Positions 17,743-25,454 of a DNA stretch of 37,715 bases are shown piece after piece. The translations under genes were made by a program, and so were the position numbers. Origin of the DNA: Fusobacteriota bacterium (GTDB lineage: Bacteria > Fusobacteriota > Fusobacteriia > Fusobacteriales > JBNJFI01); NCBI GenBank assembly GCA_051746725.1, contig JBNJFI010000009.1, positions 1 to 37,715 of the forward strand, read 5' to 3'. A model generated the notes under the pieces. That model saw only the letters and a list, made by a program, of their open reading frames with translations. It had not been told where the DNA came from and did not search any database. Every line of letters begins with the position of its first letter. The stretch's first letter is position 1.

Positions 17743-19524
17743 TTATATCATTTCCTCTTCTTTTTCAACAACTCCAGTTAAATCATTGAAGTTGAAATCC
17801 ATTGCTAATATAGCTACAAATTCATCTTTTTCATTGGTTACAGGAGTAGATGCTGTAAAGCATAATTTCCCAGTTGTTTCTGATATGTAATAATCTGTAA
17901 CATGTGTTTTTCCATCTGATAAAACTTGTGAAAACCAAGGTCTATCTGTTCTGTCATCACCTTTTTTGGAAATATTATCAGATTTTTTCTTTAATTCTTT
18001 TTGAGATATATTCTCTGTTATCTGAATACCTTCTGCATCTGTCATATAAACCATTTGTATATATTTATTTTCTTCTATAACATTGCTTAATACCGAACAT
18101 ATTTTTTCATAATCCATACTCTTTATTTCAGGTAATTCAGCATACTCTTTGATAAGTTCTTTTACTTTTTGAGTTGTCTTTTCTCCAATTTTTTCAAACT
18201 CTGTTTTAAATAATTCTGGCATATGTTTTCTTGTTAACTCATACATTTCATCGTTTGAGATTGCAGTAGTTCTACCATTATCATATTGTTCATCAATCCA
18301 TCTATATATTTTAGTTATTTTTGGATGCTTTTTACTTATTTTTTCTTTAGGATTTAAGTTTGCATTTATCCAATGTGTTATCCCGGCAACACCTGACTTA
18401 TCAGTTATACTAACTTTAAGCGGTCTATCTAATATAGTAGTTGTATCAAAAATATTATATATTTCCTCATTTTTTATTGCACCATCTGCATGAATCCCTG
18501 CTCTAGTTACATTAAAATCCTCTCCAATAAAAGGATATCGTCTAGAAATTGCAATTCCCATTTCATTTTGCATAAATCTAGCTATATCTGTGATTACTTT
18601 AGTATTAATAGTTTCATCATGACCTTTAAGAGACATGTAATCCATAATCAAACCTTCTATAGGTGGGTTTCCTGTTCTTTCTCCTATTCCCACTAAAGTT
18701 CCGTTAACTGCTGCTGCTCCATACATCCAAGCAGCTGTTCCGTTAACTAAAACTTTATGAAAATCATTATGCCCATGCCATTCAATTAATCTAGAAGGCA
18801 CACCTAATTCAGATTTTAAAATTTGGATCATTTTAGGAACAGATCTCGGAATTTCAACAGATGGAAACGGAACTCCATATCCCATTGTATCACAAAGTCT
18901 AATCTTAACATCAACACCAGATTTCTTTGAAATTTCCATTAGACCTTCTACAAATGGAATAACCACTCCTCTAAAGTCTGCTCTAGTAATATCTTCTAAG
19001 TGACATCTTGCAACTATCCCTTCACTTACAACAGTTCTAACAACATCTAGATATTTATTAATTATTGTTTTTCTATCACTTTTTAATTTTTTATAAATAT
19101 GGTAGTCTGATACAGATGTTAATATTCCCGTTTCTTTTAATTCTAAGTCTTTAACAAGTTCAAAATCTTTTTTGCTAGCTCTCATCCAACTTGTTATTTC
19201 AGGAAATTTTAAACCTAAATTTTTACAGCTTTCCACTGCTCTTCTATCTCTATCACTATATAGAAAAAATTCAGTCTGTCTTATCAACCCCTTTTTTCCA
19301 CCTAATTCATTTAGATATTTATATAATTTTACAATATGGTCCTCTTTAAAAGGAGCCATTGATTGTTGTCCATCTCTAAAAGTTGTATCTGTTATCCAAA
19401 TATCCTCTGGCATATCTGGAGTTATTATTTTATTTTCCATTTTTATTTTTGGCACTTCTTTATAACTAAATGTATCTCTAAGTAAATTTGGCTTTTCTAA
19501 GTTTATCAATCTGTTATTTTTCAT
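17743..19524 (-). CDS. Fusion protein: N-terminal DRE-TIM metallolyase domain (LeuA/homocitrate-synthase/HMGL-like) plus C-terminal Cache-like (PAS-fold) ligand-binding domain.
   Basis: N-terminus: 'TDTTFRDGQQS' (cf. LeuA 'DTTLRDGEQS') and 'HGHNDFHKVLVNGTAAWMYGAAAVNGTLVGIGERTGNPPIEGL' (cf. LeuA 'HCHND...GIGERAGN'). C-terminus: 'DRPWFSQVLSDGKTHVTDYYISETTGKLCFTASTPV...DEFVAILAMDFNFNDL', the classic Cache/sCache signature (RPWY...DPY.D..TG.LVIT.S.PV...G.LGVDI.L..L). No TM segments. Confidence 0.65.
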   Translation of the reverse strand: MKNNRLINLEKPNLLRDTFSYKEVPKIKMENKIITPDMPEDIWITDTTFRDGQQSMAPFKEDHIVKLYKYLNELGGKKGLIRQTEFFLYSDRDRRAVESCKNLGLKFPEITSWMRASKKDFELVKDLELKETGILTSVSDYHIYKKLKSDRKTIINKYLDVVRTVVSEGIVARCHLEDITRADFRGVVIPFVEGLMEISKKSGVDVKIRLCDTMGYGVPFPSVEIPRSVPKMIQILKSELGVPSRLIEWHGHNDFHKVLVNGTAAWMYGAAAVNGTLVGIGERTGNPPIEGLIMDYMSLKGHDETINTKVITDIARFMQNEMGIAISRRYPFIGEDFNVTRAGIHADGAIKNEEIYNIFDTTTILDRPLKVSITDKSGVAGITHWINANLNPKEKISKKHPKITKIYRWIDEQYDNGRTTAISNDEMYELTRKHMPELFKTEFEKIGEKTTQKVKELIKEYAELPEIKSMDYEKICSVLSNVIEENKYIQMVYMTDAEGIQITENISQKELKKKSDNISKKGDDRTDRPWFSQVLSDGKTHVTDYYISETTGKLCFTASTPVTNEKDEFVAILAMDFNFNDLTGVVEKEEEMI

Positions 19525-19550
19525 TTATATCACCTCTTTTTATTTAGTAT

Positions 19551-19579
19551 ATTATATCAATAAATTCAATAATTGTCAA
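19551..19579 (-). promoter_or_regulatory. Consensus sigma70 promoter for the DRE-TIM/Cache gene: TTGACA, 17-bp spacer, TATAAT.
   Basis: The rc of 19551-19579 is 'ttgaca attattgaatttattga tataat'. It lies about 25 nt upstream of the ATG at 19524. Confidence 0.5.
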
Positions 19580-19634
19580 TTATGTTAAGTTTACATATGT
19601 TTTACTTTTTTTAATTTTTAGTATAATTTCTAAA

Positions 19635-19672
19635 TATAAAAAATCTTCCTATTATTTTAGGAAGATTTTCAT
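19635..19672 (-). terminator. Intrinsic terminator downstream of phnA.
   Basis: 'aaaaaatcttcctattattttaggaagatttt' with a 10-bp stem 'aatcttccta'/'taggaagatt', flanked by A- and T-runs. Confidence 0.6.
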
Positions 19673-19685
19673 AAAATTATAAATT

Positions 19686-20033
19686 TTAACCTTTTTTGAC
19701 AAATTCCGATTTTAATTTCATAGCCCCAAATCCATCTATCTTGCAATCTATATTGTGATCGCCTTCTACTAATCTTATATCTTTAACCCGTGTACCTCTT
19801 TTTAGAGGATCTGAGCTTCCTTTTACTTTTAAGTCTTTTACTATTGTAATCTCATCTCCATCTTCTAATATGTTTCCATATGCATCTCTTATTAATTTCT
19901 CTTTTGGCTCATCTTTTCCCTTCATATCTGCTGTCTCAGTCCATTCATGGGAACACATAGGACATACAAGTAAATATCCATCCTTATATGTAAATTCAGA
20001 TCCACATTCAGGACATTTTGGTAAATTTTCCAT
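19686..20033 (-). CDS. phnA: PhnA-family zinc-ribbon protein (YjdC/PhnA).
   Basis: Zinc ribbon '[10 protein letters not shown]...CPMCSHEW', then '[52 protein letters not shown]', nearly identical in pattern to E. coli PhnA. The likely start is the ATG at 20033 (RBS 'gaaaggagaaa'). The track start at 20090 overlaps the upstream gene. Confidence 0.85.
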   Translation of the reverse strand: MENLPKCPECGSEFTYKDGYLLVCPMCSHEWTETADMKGKDEPKEKLIRDAYGNILEDGDEITIVKDLKVKGSSDPLKRGTRVKDIRLVEGDHNIDCKIDGFGAMKLKSEFVKKG

Positions 20034-20065
20034 ATTTTCTCCTTTCAAAATACTTTCTTGTTTCT

Positions 20066-21472
20066 TTAAAAAGTGGATAATCCACTCCACTCTTGAAATC
20101 TATATACCCAATATTTAAACTTTGATTTATCTTCAAATTTAGAATAATCTACAGTATAAATCCCTTCTTTATTATTCCAAAGTCTATCAAATGATTCAGT
20201 AACTTCTTTTGTAAACTCTATATCTTTAGGAACACTTATTTTTAAATTAGTTTCTAAATTATAATCCCCTATATTTCGCCGCGTGTAATTTGCAGATCCA
20301 CCTATTACAATAGATTCATTATTTTTTTCAATATATATATATTTCGTATGGAATTGCTCTCCTTTAGTATTTGCCCATCGAATTTTTATGTCTGTCTCCT
20401 TTTTTAATTCATAAGCAACTTGTCTATTAGGAATCCCTGGTTTTTCTCTACCAAATGCGTCTTTATTAGGATCCAAAATCATTTTTATCTCTACTCCTCT
20501 ATTAGAAGCTTTTTTGAATTCCTTTATAATTTTTCGATCTGCTATATAAAACATTCCAAGGTTGATCTTATCCCCTTTTTTGCAATCGCTTATTTCTCTT
20601 ATAACAGATTCTCTTATCTTTCCCTCTGTAATTACTTTTACTTTAAAATTTTTAGTAATATCTTTACTTATATTTTCTGGTTTATTTTGTTTTTTATATT
20701 TTACTCCATTTAAATCAGATCCAGATAATTTCGCAACTGCACGTTCTGTATCCAATAAATCACCTAAAATTTTCCCTTCTAATATAAATGCAATATTTGA
20801 ATGATAAGAACTTGCATCATGAGGATTCCCAGATGTTACAATTGCTTTTTTGTCTGTAATAACAACCTTTCTATGATTTGCTTTAAAATTAAGTAATTTC
20901 AAATAAGATCTTAGAGTTACTTTAGGAGCATTATCGGTAAATGGATTTGGTAACCAACCATTTCCAGAAGTTCCAAACCACTGAAAAAATACTTTCCATA
21001 TAGAAGACCAGAGCTTATTACTATCTTTCAATTTATTTAAATCTGTTATAATTACTTCTATATCATTTTCTTTTAACCTTCTAAACATTTCATTTTCATA
21101 TGATCCATAAAAATTGTTTATTTCATCAGATATAACTATTATTTCTATGTTTTCTTCTCTGTTTTTAGCTTCAATTAAAGAATCAGTTAACTGTCTAGAT
21201 AAATCTATAAAAGAATCTCCTTTGTCATAATAATTATTATATAAAAACATATCTATTATTATATATTCTTTTGCTTCATCAATAATCGTGAATATGTTTT
21301 CAAATATCTCCTGCTCATGGACTCTTTTTCCATCTTTAATATAAGTTATATCGTTTAAAAATTCTACATTTGAAGTTCTTCTAACTGGCGTTTCAACTGA
21401 TATCCCCTTGGGTAAACCCCGACATCCAAGATTAAAAAGTATTAACAATCCTAGTAATGTATTTTTTCTCAT
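20066..21472 (-). CDS. Secreted/lipoprotein phospholipase-D-family protein with two HKD motifs (cardiolipin-synthase/PLD-like).
   Basis: Signal peptide '[17 protein letters not shown]'. HKD motif 1 'NHRKVVITD...TSGNPHDAS'. HKD motif 2 'FHTKYIYIE...[11 protein letters not shown]'. Confidence 0.8.
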   Translation of the reverse strand: MRKNTLLGLLILFNLGCRGLPKGISVETPVRRTSNVEFLNDITYIKDGKRVHEQEIFENIFTIIDEAKEYIIIDMFLYNNYYDKGDSFIDLSRQLTDSLIEAKNREENIEIIVISDEINNFYGSYENEMFRRLKENDIEVIITDLNKLKDSNKLWSSIWKVFFQWFGTSGNGWLPNPFTDNAPKVTLRSYLKLLNFKANHRKVVITDKKAIVTSGNPHDASSYHSNIAFILEGKILGDLLDTERAVAKLSGSDLNGVKYKKQNKPENISKDITKNFKVKVITEGKIRESVIREISDCKKGDKINLGMFYIADRKIIKEFKKASNRGVEIKMILDPNKDAFGREKPGIPNRQVAYELKKETDIKIRWANTKGEQFHTKYIYIEKNNESIVIGGSANYTRRNIGDYNLETNLKISVPKDIEFTKEVTESFDRLWNNKEGIYTVDYSKFEDKSKFKYWVYRFQEWSGLSTF

Positions 21473-21562
21473 TTTTTTCCTTTCCTAGATATAATTATTT
21501 TAATCAATATAATTATATCATATTGTTATATTTTTTTCAAAGCTATTAAATTTGAGATTAAC

Positions 21563-21591
21563 TATAAAATCTAAATATAATATGTTATAAT
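21563..21591 (+). promoter_or_regulatory. Candidate extended -10 promoter (TGtTATAAT) reading toward the element and the J-domain gene.
   Basis: 'tgttataat' at 21583-21591 with a weak -35 'tataaa' 17 bp upstream. The same 'atgttataat' motif appears in the permease promoter at 32367-32377. Confidence 0.3.
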
Positions 21592-21610
21592 AGGGATATA
21601 ATCATTTACT

Positions 21611-21890
21611 AGAATATAAAATTAGGAAGTTGCAAAACTAAAAAGATAAGATATCAAGTTTTCCACAGATTTATTAACAGAATTAGTTTTGGGGATGCGG
21701 TCGAAGGCTCTTCGCCCTTACATTTCAGATTACGTAGGGATAAAGAATATCAGTTTTTCTGTAAGGGCAAATGGCGTTTGCCCGGGTGTGAGCAGTATAT
21801 AAAAATGGAGGGAAGCCTTAATTATCAGGTCTAATAAATTAAATAAAATCAGTGAATTACAATTTTGCAACTAGCTAGAATATAAAATTA
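21611..21890. mobile_element. MITE-like element copy 2 (21625-21876, inverted relative to copy 1), flanked by a perfect 14-bp direct repeat 'agaatataaaatta' (21611-21624 and 21877-21890).
   Basis: Termini 'ggaagttgcaaaacta' (21625-21640) and 'attttgcaactagcta' (21863-21878) are inverted repeats. About 55 bp at each end align with the copy at 6686-6958 in reverse-complement orientation, including a shared 'ttaagg' 53-54 nt in and a shared 'ctgtgga[a/t]aac' near the other end. The GC-rich core differs and contains hairpins 'cgaag-gct-cttcg' and 'gggcaaa-tggcg-tttgccc'. Confidence 0.5.
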
Positions 21891-22008
21891 AAAGGGGGCC
21901 ATTATCAATACCAATAAAATTGAAAATCTTATAATTAAAATTTTAAAAAAAAATAAAGCTGGATTAACCGAACATAACCTTATTTTAAAATTACAAAAGA
22001 AATCTTTT

Positions 22009-22473
22009 TTGCCCAAGACTTCCCACTCAGATTCACTATCAATATTTCAAGTACATTTTATTTTGTTTAATACTCTTTATAAATTAAGAGAAAAGTTACT
22101 AAAAGCAAAAAAGGGAATTTTAGATATCCATACTTTAGAAATCAAACTTAAGGATTTCAAAAAAGGAAATAAAGGGATCTCAGAATACGATCCCCTAGCA
22201 GAATATTATTTGGATATTTCGAATTTAGAAAATACTACAAAAAAGGATGTAGAAGACCTTTTAGATAGTTTCTGGAAAAAATATTTGGCTAAAGATTATA
22301 AAGTCGATGCTTTAAAAGTTTTGGATCTTAAAGAACCAGTTGATTATAAAACTATAAAATCTAAATATAAAAAATTGGCCTCTAAATATCATCCTGATGT
22401 TGGAGGAGATATAAAAAAAATTCAAATTTTGAACCAAGCTATGGAAACTTTAAATAATTATTATGGAAAATAA
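22009..22473 (+). CDS. J-domain (DnaJ-like) protein with C-terminal J domain. TTG start as called by the track; the true start may be further upstream.
   Basis: C-terminal 'DYKTIKSKYKKLASKYHPDVGGD' with the HPD motif. The reading frame is open upstream to 21892 ('KGAIINTNKIENLIIKILKKNKAGLTEHNLILKLQKKSF...'), directly after the strong RBS 'aaaggggg' (21891-21898). No canonical start codon sits there (ATT 21901 / ATC 21904). Confidence 0.7.
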   Translation: MPKTSHSDSLSIFQVHFILFNTLYKLREKLLKAKKGILDIHTLEIKLKDFKKGNKGISEYDPLAEYYLDISNLENTTKKDVEDLLDSFWKKYLAKDYKVDALKVLDLKEPVDYKTIKSKYKKLASKYHPDVGGDIKKIQILNQAMETLNNYYGK

Positions 22474-22512
22474 ATCTAAGGACTTACTTATTATAAATCA
22501 ATTTAAATAATT

Positions 22513-23358
22513 TCAATTATATTCATTTTTATTATCTTTATTAATATATTCTTCTAAGAATTTAGCAACACCATCTTCATCATTATTTTTAATAACAAAT
22601 GTGGCTGCCTTTTTAACCTGTTTTGGAGCATTTGCCATTGCACAACTAACATCCGCAATTTTAAACATAGAAAGATCGTTTAAATTATCTCCAAAACACA
22701 CTACTTTAGATGGTTTTATGATTTCTTTTAAGTGTTCTAAACCATTTCCTTTAGTACTTCCAATATTAGATATCTCTAACCAATAATGTCCTTCACAATA
22801 TATATCTTCGCCAAAATGATATTCTAAGTCATATTTATCAATTATTTCTTGATATACGGGAAAAATATTTTCCTTTGTATTTATTCCAATAATTCCAAAA
22901 ATTCTATTATTATCGTTGATCTTTAAATCTTCTATCTCATGAAATCTACCTTGATCCTCTTTCCCTCTCATATCAATAAAACACCTTTCTCCTTCATTTC
23001 CAATTTCTCCATGAAAAACCCGATTTCTATCATTATGCTCTAAATTTACAATTGGATTTATATCTCTACTTTTCATCATCTTAATTATATCTCGTGTTAC
23101 CATATGATCAATTTCATTTTGATAAATATATTTCTCTTCCTTTATATCATATACACTTACACCATTTGATATAATAATGGGTAAATTTAAATTTATGCCA
23201 GACAAAACTTTTTTGACAGAAACTAATGGTCTAGCTGTTGCCACTGTGAATAATCCACCTTTTTTAATAAATTCATTTATCACTTTTTTTGTTTTATCAC
23301 TAATTTCTTGATTTGAATTTAATAGTGTTCCATCTAAGTCTGAAACAAATAATGTCAT
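22513..23358 (-). CDS. HAD-superfamily hydrolase, Cof-type (subfamily IIB) phosphatase.
   Basis: 'MTLFVSDLDGTLL' motif I, 'ATARPL' and C-terminal 'FGDNLNDLSM' motif IV. ~281 aa. Confidence 0.85.
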   Translation of the reverse strand: MTLFVSDLDGTLLNSNQEISDKTKKVINEFIKKGGLFTVATARPLVSVKKVLSGINLNLPIIISNGVSVYDIKEEKYIYQNEIDHMVTRDIIKMMKSRDINPIVNLEHNDRNRVFHGEIGNEGERCFIDMRGKEDQGRFHEIEDLKINDNNRIFGIIGINTKENIFPVYQEIIDKYDLEYHFGEDIYCEGHYWLEISNIGSTKGNGLEHLKEIIKPSKVVCFGDNLNDLSMFKIADVSCAMANAPKQVKKAATFVIKNNDEDGVAKFLEEYINKDNKNEYN

Positions 23359-23374
23359 AATCCACCTTCCTATT

Positions 23375-23659
23375 TCAATGATAATATTTACTTTTTTTTA
23401 TTGATTTTAATTTTTCTTTCTTTTCTTCTAATAATCCATAACAAAACTTTTTTGCTTCTGTATAAAATTTTTTTACTGCTTTCTTCTTTCTATTTTTAAA
23501 TTCTAGATATTCCATTTCCTCTATTTTTTTTTGTAAAAGTTTGATCTCTTTTTTTAATTCTTCTTTTTTTTTATTAGATTCTTTATTAGAATTTTTTTGC
23601 TTTGCTCTTGGCCTCTTTTTTATTTTTGAATCATCGCTTTTAAAAATATTCCAAAACAT
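23375..23659 (-). CDS. Small, very basic, lysine-rich coiled-coil protein. Function unknown.
   Basis: 94 aa and more than 35% Lys/Arg. Good RBS 'aatgggag'. It follows a terminator, so it is probably expressed on its own. Confidence 0.45.
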   Translation of the reverse strand: MFWNIFKSDDSKIKKRPRAKQKNSNKESNKKKEELKKEIKLLQKKIEEMEYLEFKNRKKKAVKKFYTEAKKFCYGLLEEKKEKLKSIKKSKYYH

Positions 23660-23713
23660 TATTAACTCCCATTTCTTAAATTTTAATTTTTTTATTTGAA
23701 TCCTTCTTTTATT

Positions 23714-23740
23714 AAAAGAGGGAGAACCCCCCTCTTTTTT
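23714..23740 (-). terminator. Intrinsic terminator downstream of the DUF2892 gene.
   Basis: 'aaaagagggagaacccccctctttttt' with stem 'aaaagaggg'/'ccctctttt', flanked by A-run and T-run. Confidence 0.6.
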
Positions 23741-23743
23741 GAA

Positions 23744-23941
23744 TTATTTTTCCACTTTTTCTGAATTACATGTATTTATTCCAGCTAATCTGTATAATGG
23801 ACATTGACCTATTATACCAGTAACTAGAGGAATCACACCTATGATTCCTATCCAATTTTTACTCATAGCCCCCCATACTAATAAGGCAACTCCAAGTATA
23901 ACTCTTATAACTTTATCTACCTTTCCTACATTAACTTTCAT
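23744..23941 (-). CDS. DUF2892-family small membrane protein (YgaP C-terminal-like), often found next to rhodanese genes.
   Basis: 65 aa, two TM helices, 'GxxxG'-rich with a conserved 'CPLY' motif ('IIGQCPLYRLAGINTC'). Confidence 0.6.
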   Translation of the reverse strand: MKVNVGKVDKVIRVILGVALLVWGAMSKNWIGIIGVIPLVTGIIGQCPLYRLAGINTCNSEKVEK

Positions 23942-23954
23942 TTTTACCTCCTAA

Positions 23955-24212
23955 TTAAAGTTCAAAATCCATATTTTTCAATTTTACGCCATCTAATTTT
24001 AAAAGTTCTGCTTCCATTTTAAGCCAAGAACTTTTTTGCCCAACTAATTCTAATATAATTAAACCATCTCTAGGACATTCTTTATCTGTAACTTCATGGA
24101 TTCCCAGTCTAGTTCTAATATTACATCCATATTTTGTCAAGATAGATTGTAATTCTGTTGCATCTTCAATACGATTTTCTAATACTATTCCAACTATCCG
24201 AATATTTTCCAT
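23955..24212 (-). CDS. Small ACT/ferredoxin-like regulatory protein. It resembles the ~85-aa proteins annotated as putative iron-only hydrogenase system regulator (TM1266-like).
   Basis: 85 aa, pattern 'IVGIVLENR...L..IL..YG..I..RLGI...D....GLIILEL'. The family call comes from memory of the family pattern and is not verified. Confidence 0.4.
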   Translation of the reverse strand: MENIRIVGIVLENRIEDATELQSILTKYGCNIRTRLGIHEVTDKECPRDGLIILELVGQKSSWLKMEAELLKLDGVKLKNMDFEL

Positions 24213-24313
24213 TTATTTCACCTCCTTAAAATTTATCTAAAATATTTATATCTTATTAATAAATATACTAAAGATAACACAATTTCCTTTTTTTATTTCA
24301 ACTTTTTTGAAAT

Positions 24314-24358
24314 AAAAAAATTCCAGCATGATAAAAATTATCATACTGGAATTTTCTT
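24314..24358 (-). terminator. Intrinsic terminator downstream of acr3.
   Basis: 'aaaaaaattccagcatgataaaaattatcatactggaattttctt' with a 14-bp stem carrying one mismatch, flanked by A-run and T-run. Confidence 0.6.
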
Positions 24359-25439
24359 AATCATCTAATCCATATTCTTCTAAAACTTCTTTATTAAACC
24401 AACCTGTTGTTTTATTTGCTATTCTAACTAAAAATAACATCACAGGAACTTCAACTAAAACTCCTACAACTGTTGCCAATGTAGCTCCAGAATTTAAACC
24501 AAATAAAGATATTGAGACTGCAACTGCTAGTTCAAAAAAGTTGCTCGCTCCAATAAGTCCAGCTGGGGCTGCAATATTATGTGGTAATTTCCAAAATTTG
24601 GACCAGAAATATGCTATAAAGAATATTAAAACTGTTTGGATAATAAGAGGAATTGCTATTAATCCTATATGTAATGGATTTTTTAGAATTCTTTCTCCTT
24701 GGAATGAAAATATTATAACCAGAGTTAATAATAATCCCATTATTGTTATATTATTAAACTTAGGTAAAAATTTCTTTTCAAAATATTCTTTACCCTTCTT
24801 TTTTACTATTTGATTTCTAGTTATAAATCCTGCTGTAAAAGGAATAACTACAAATAGTATAACAGATAAAAATAATGTATCATATGGTACTGTTATATCA
24901 CTCATTCCCAATAAAATTGCTACTATTGGAGTAAATGCAAATAATATAATTATATCATTAAGCGCTACCTGAACCAATGTATAAGCTGGATTACCTTTGG
25001 TTAGATGACTCCAAACAAAAACCATGGCTGTACAAGGCGCTGCTCCTAAAAGTACTGCTCCTGCTAAATATTCTGTAGAAAGATCGGCTCCTATGATATC
25101 TTTAAATATAACTTTGAAAAACAAGTAAGCTATAAAATACATACTAAACGGTTTTATAAGCCAATTAGTTACTACTGTAACTGTAAGTCCCTTTGGTTGT
25201 TTAGCGTTGTGTAATAAGCTTGTGAAATCAATTTTTAACATCATTGGAAATATCATAAGCCAAATCAAAATTGCTATTGGCATAGATACATTTGCATATT
25301 CAAATTTTTCCAAAAAATTTGGGACACCTGGTAAAAATTGTCCAATTGCTACTCCGGCTATTATACATAATGTAACCCATATTGTTAGATATCTTTCAAA
25401 AAAGCTAATTCCTTCATTTTTCTTATTCTCTTTTTTCAT
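24357..25439 (-). CDS. acr3: Arsenite efflux transporter, ACR3 family.
   Basis: 'FERYLTIWV' N-terminal signature, 10 TM helices, ~360 aa. Confidence 0.9.
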   Translation of the reverse strand: MKKENKKNEGISFFERYLTIWVTLCIIAGVAIGQFLPGVPNFLEKFEYANVSMPIAILIWLMIFPMMLKIDFTSLLHNAKQPKGLTVTVVTNWLIKPFSMYFIAYLFFKVIFKDIIGADLSTEYLAGAVLLGAAPCTAMVFVWSHLTKGNPAYTLVQVALNDIIILFAFTPIVAILLGMSDITVPYDTLFLSVILFVVIPFTAGFITRNQIVKKKGKEYFEKKFLPKFNNITIMGLLLTLVIIFSFQGERILKNPLHIGLIAIPLIIQTVLIFFIAYFWSKFWKLPHNIAAPAGLIGASNFFELAVAVSISLFGLNSGATLATVVGVLVEVPVMLFLVRIANKTTGWFNKEVLEEYGLDD

Positions 25440-25454
25440 TTTTTCACTTCCTTT

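Noticed and set aside
21690-21745. Resemblance of the copy-2 core ('ggggatgcgg...cgtagggataaag') to a TPP riboswitch ('GGGGUGC...CUGAGA...GCGUAGGGAA').
   Set aside because: The obligatory 'CUGAGA' and 'ACCUGAUC' elements are absent. The downstream gene is a J-domain protein and not a thiamine gene. The similarity is limited to two short G-rich strings.
21690-21830. Copy-2 core as tmRNA, SRP RNA, 6S RNA or tRNA (begins GGGG...TCGAAGG, contains GAGCAG/GGAAGCC).
   Set aside because: It is too short for tmRNA and lacks a tRNA-like 3' end (no GTTCRANYC T-loop, no CCA). The SRP domain-IV symmetric loop cannot be assembled. It is kept only as an unclassified structured core of the repeat element.
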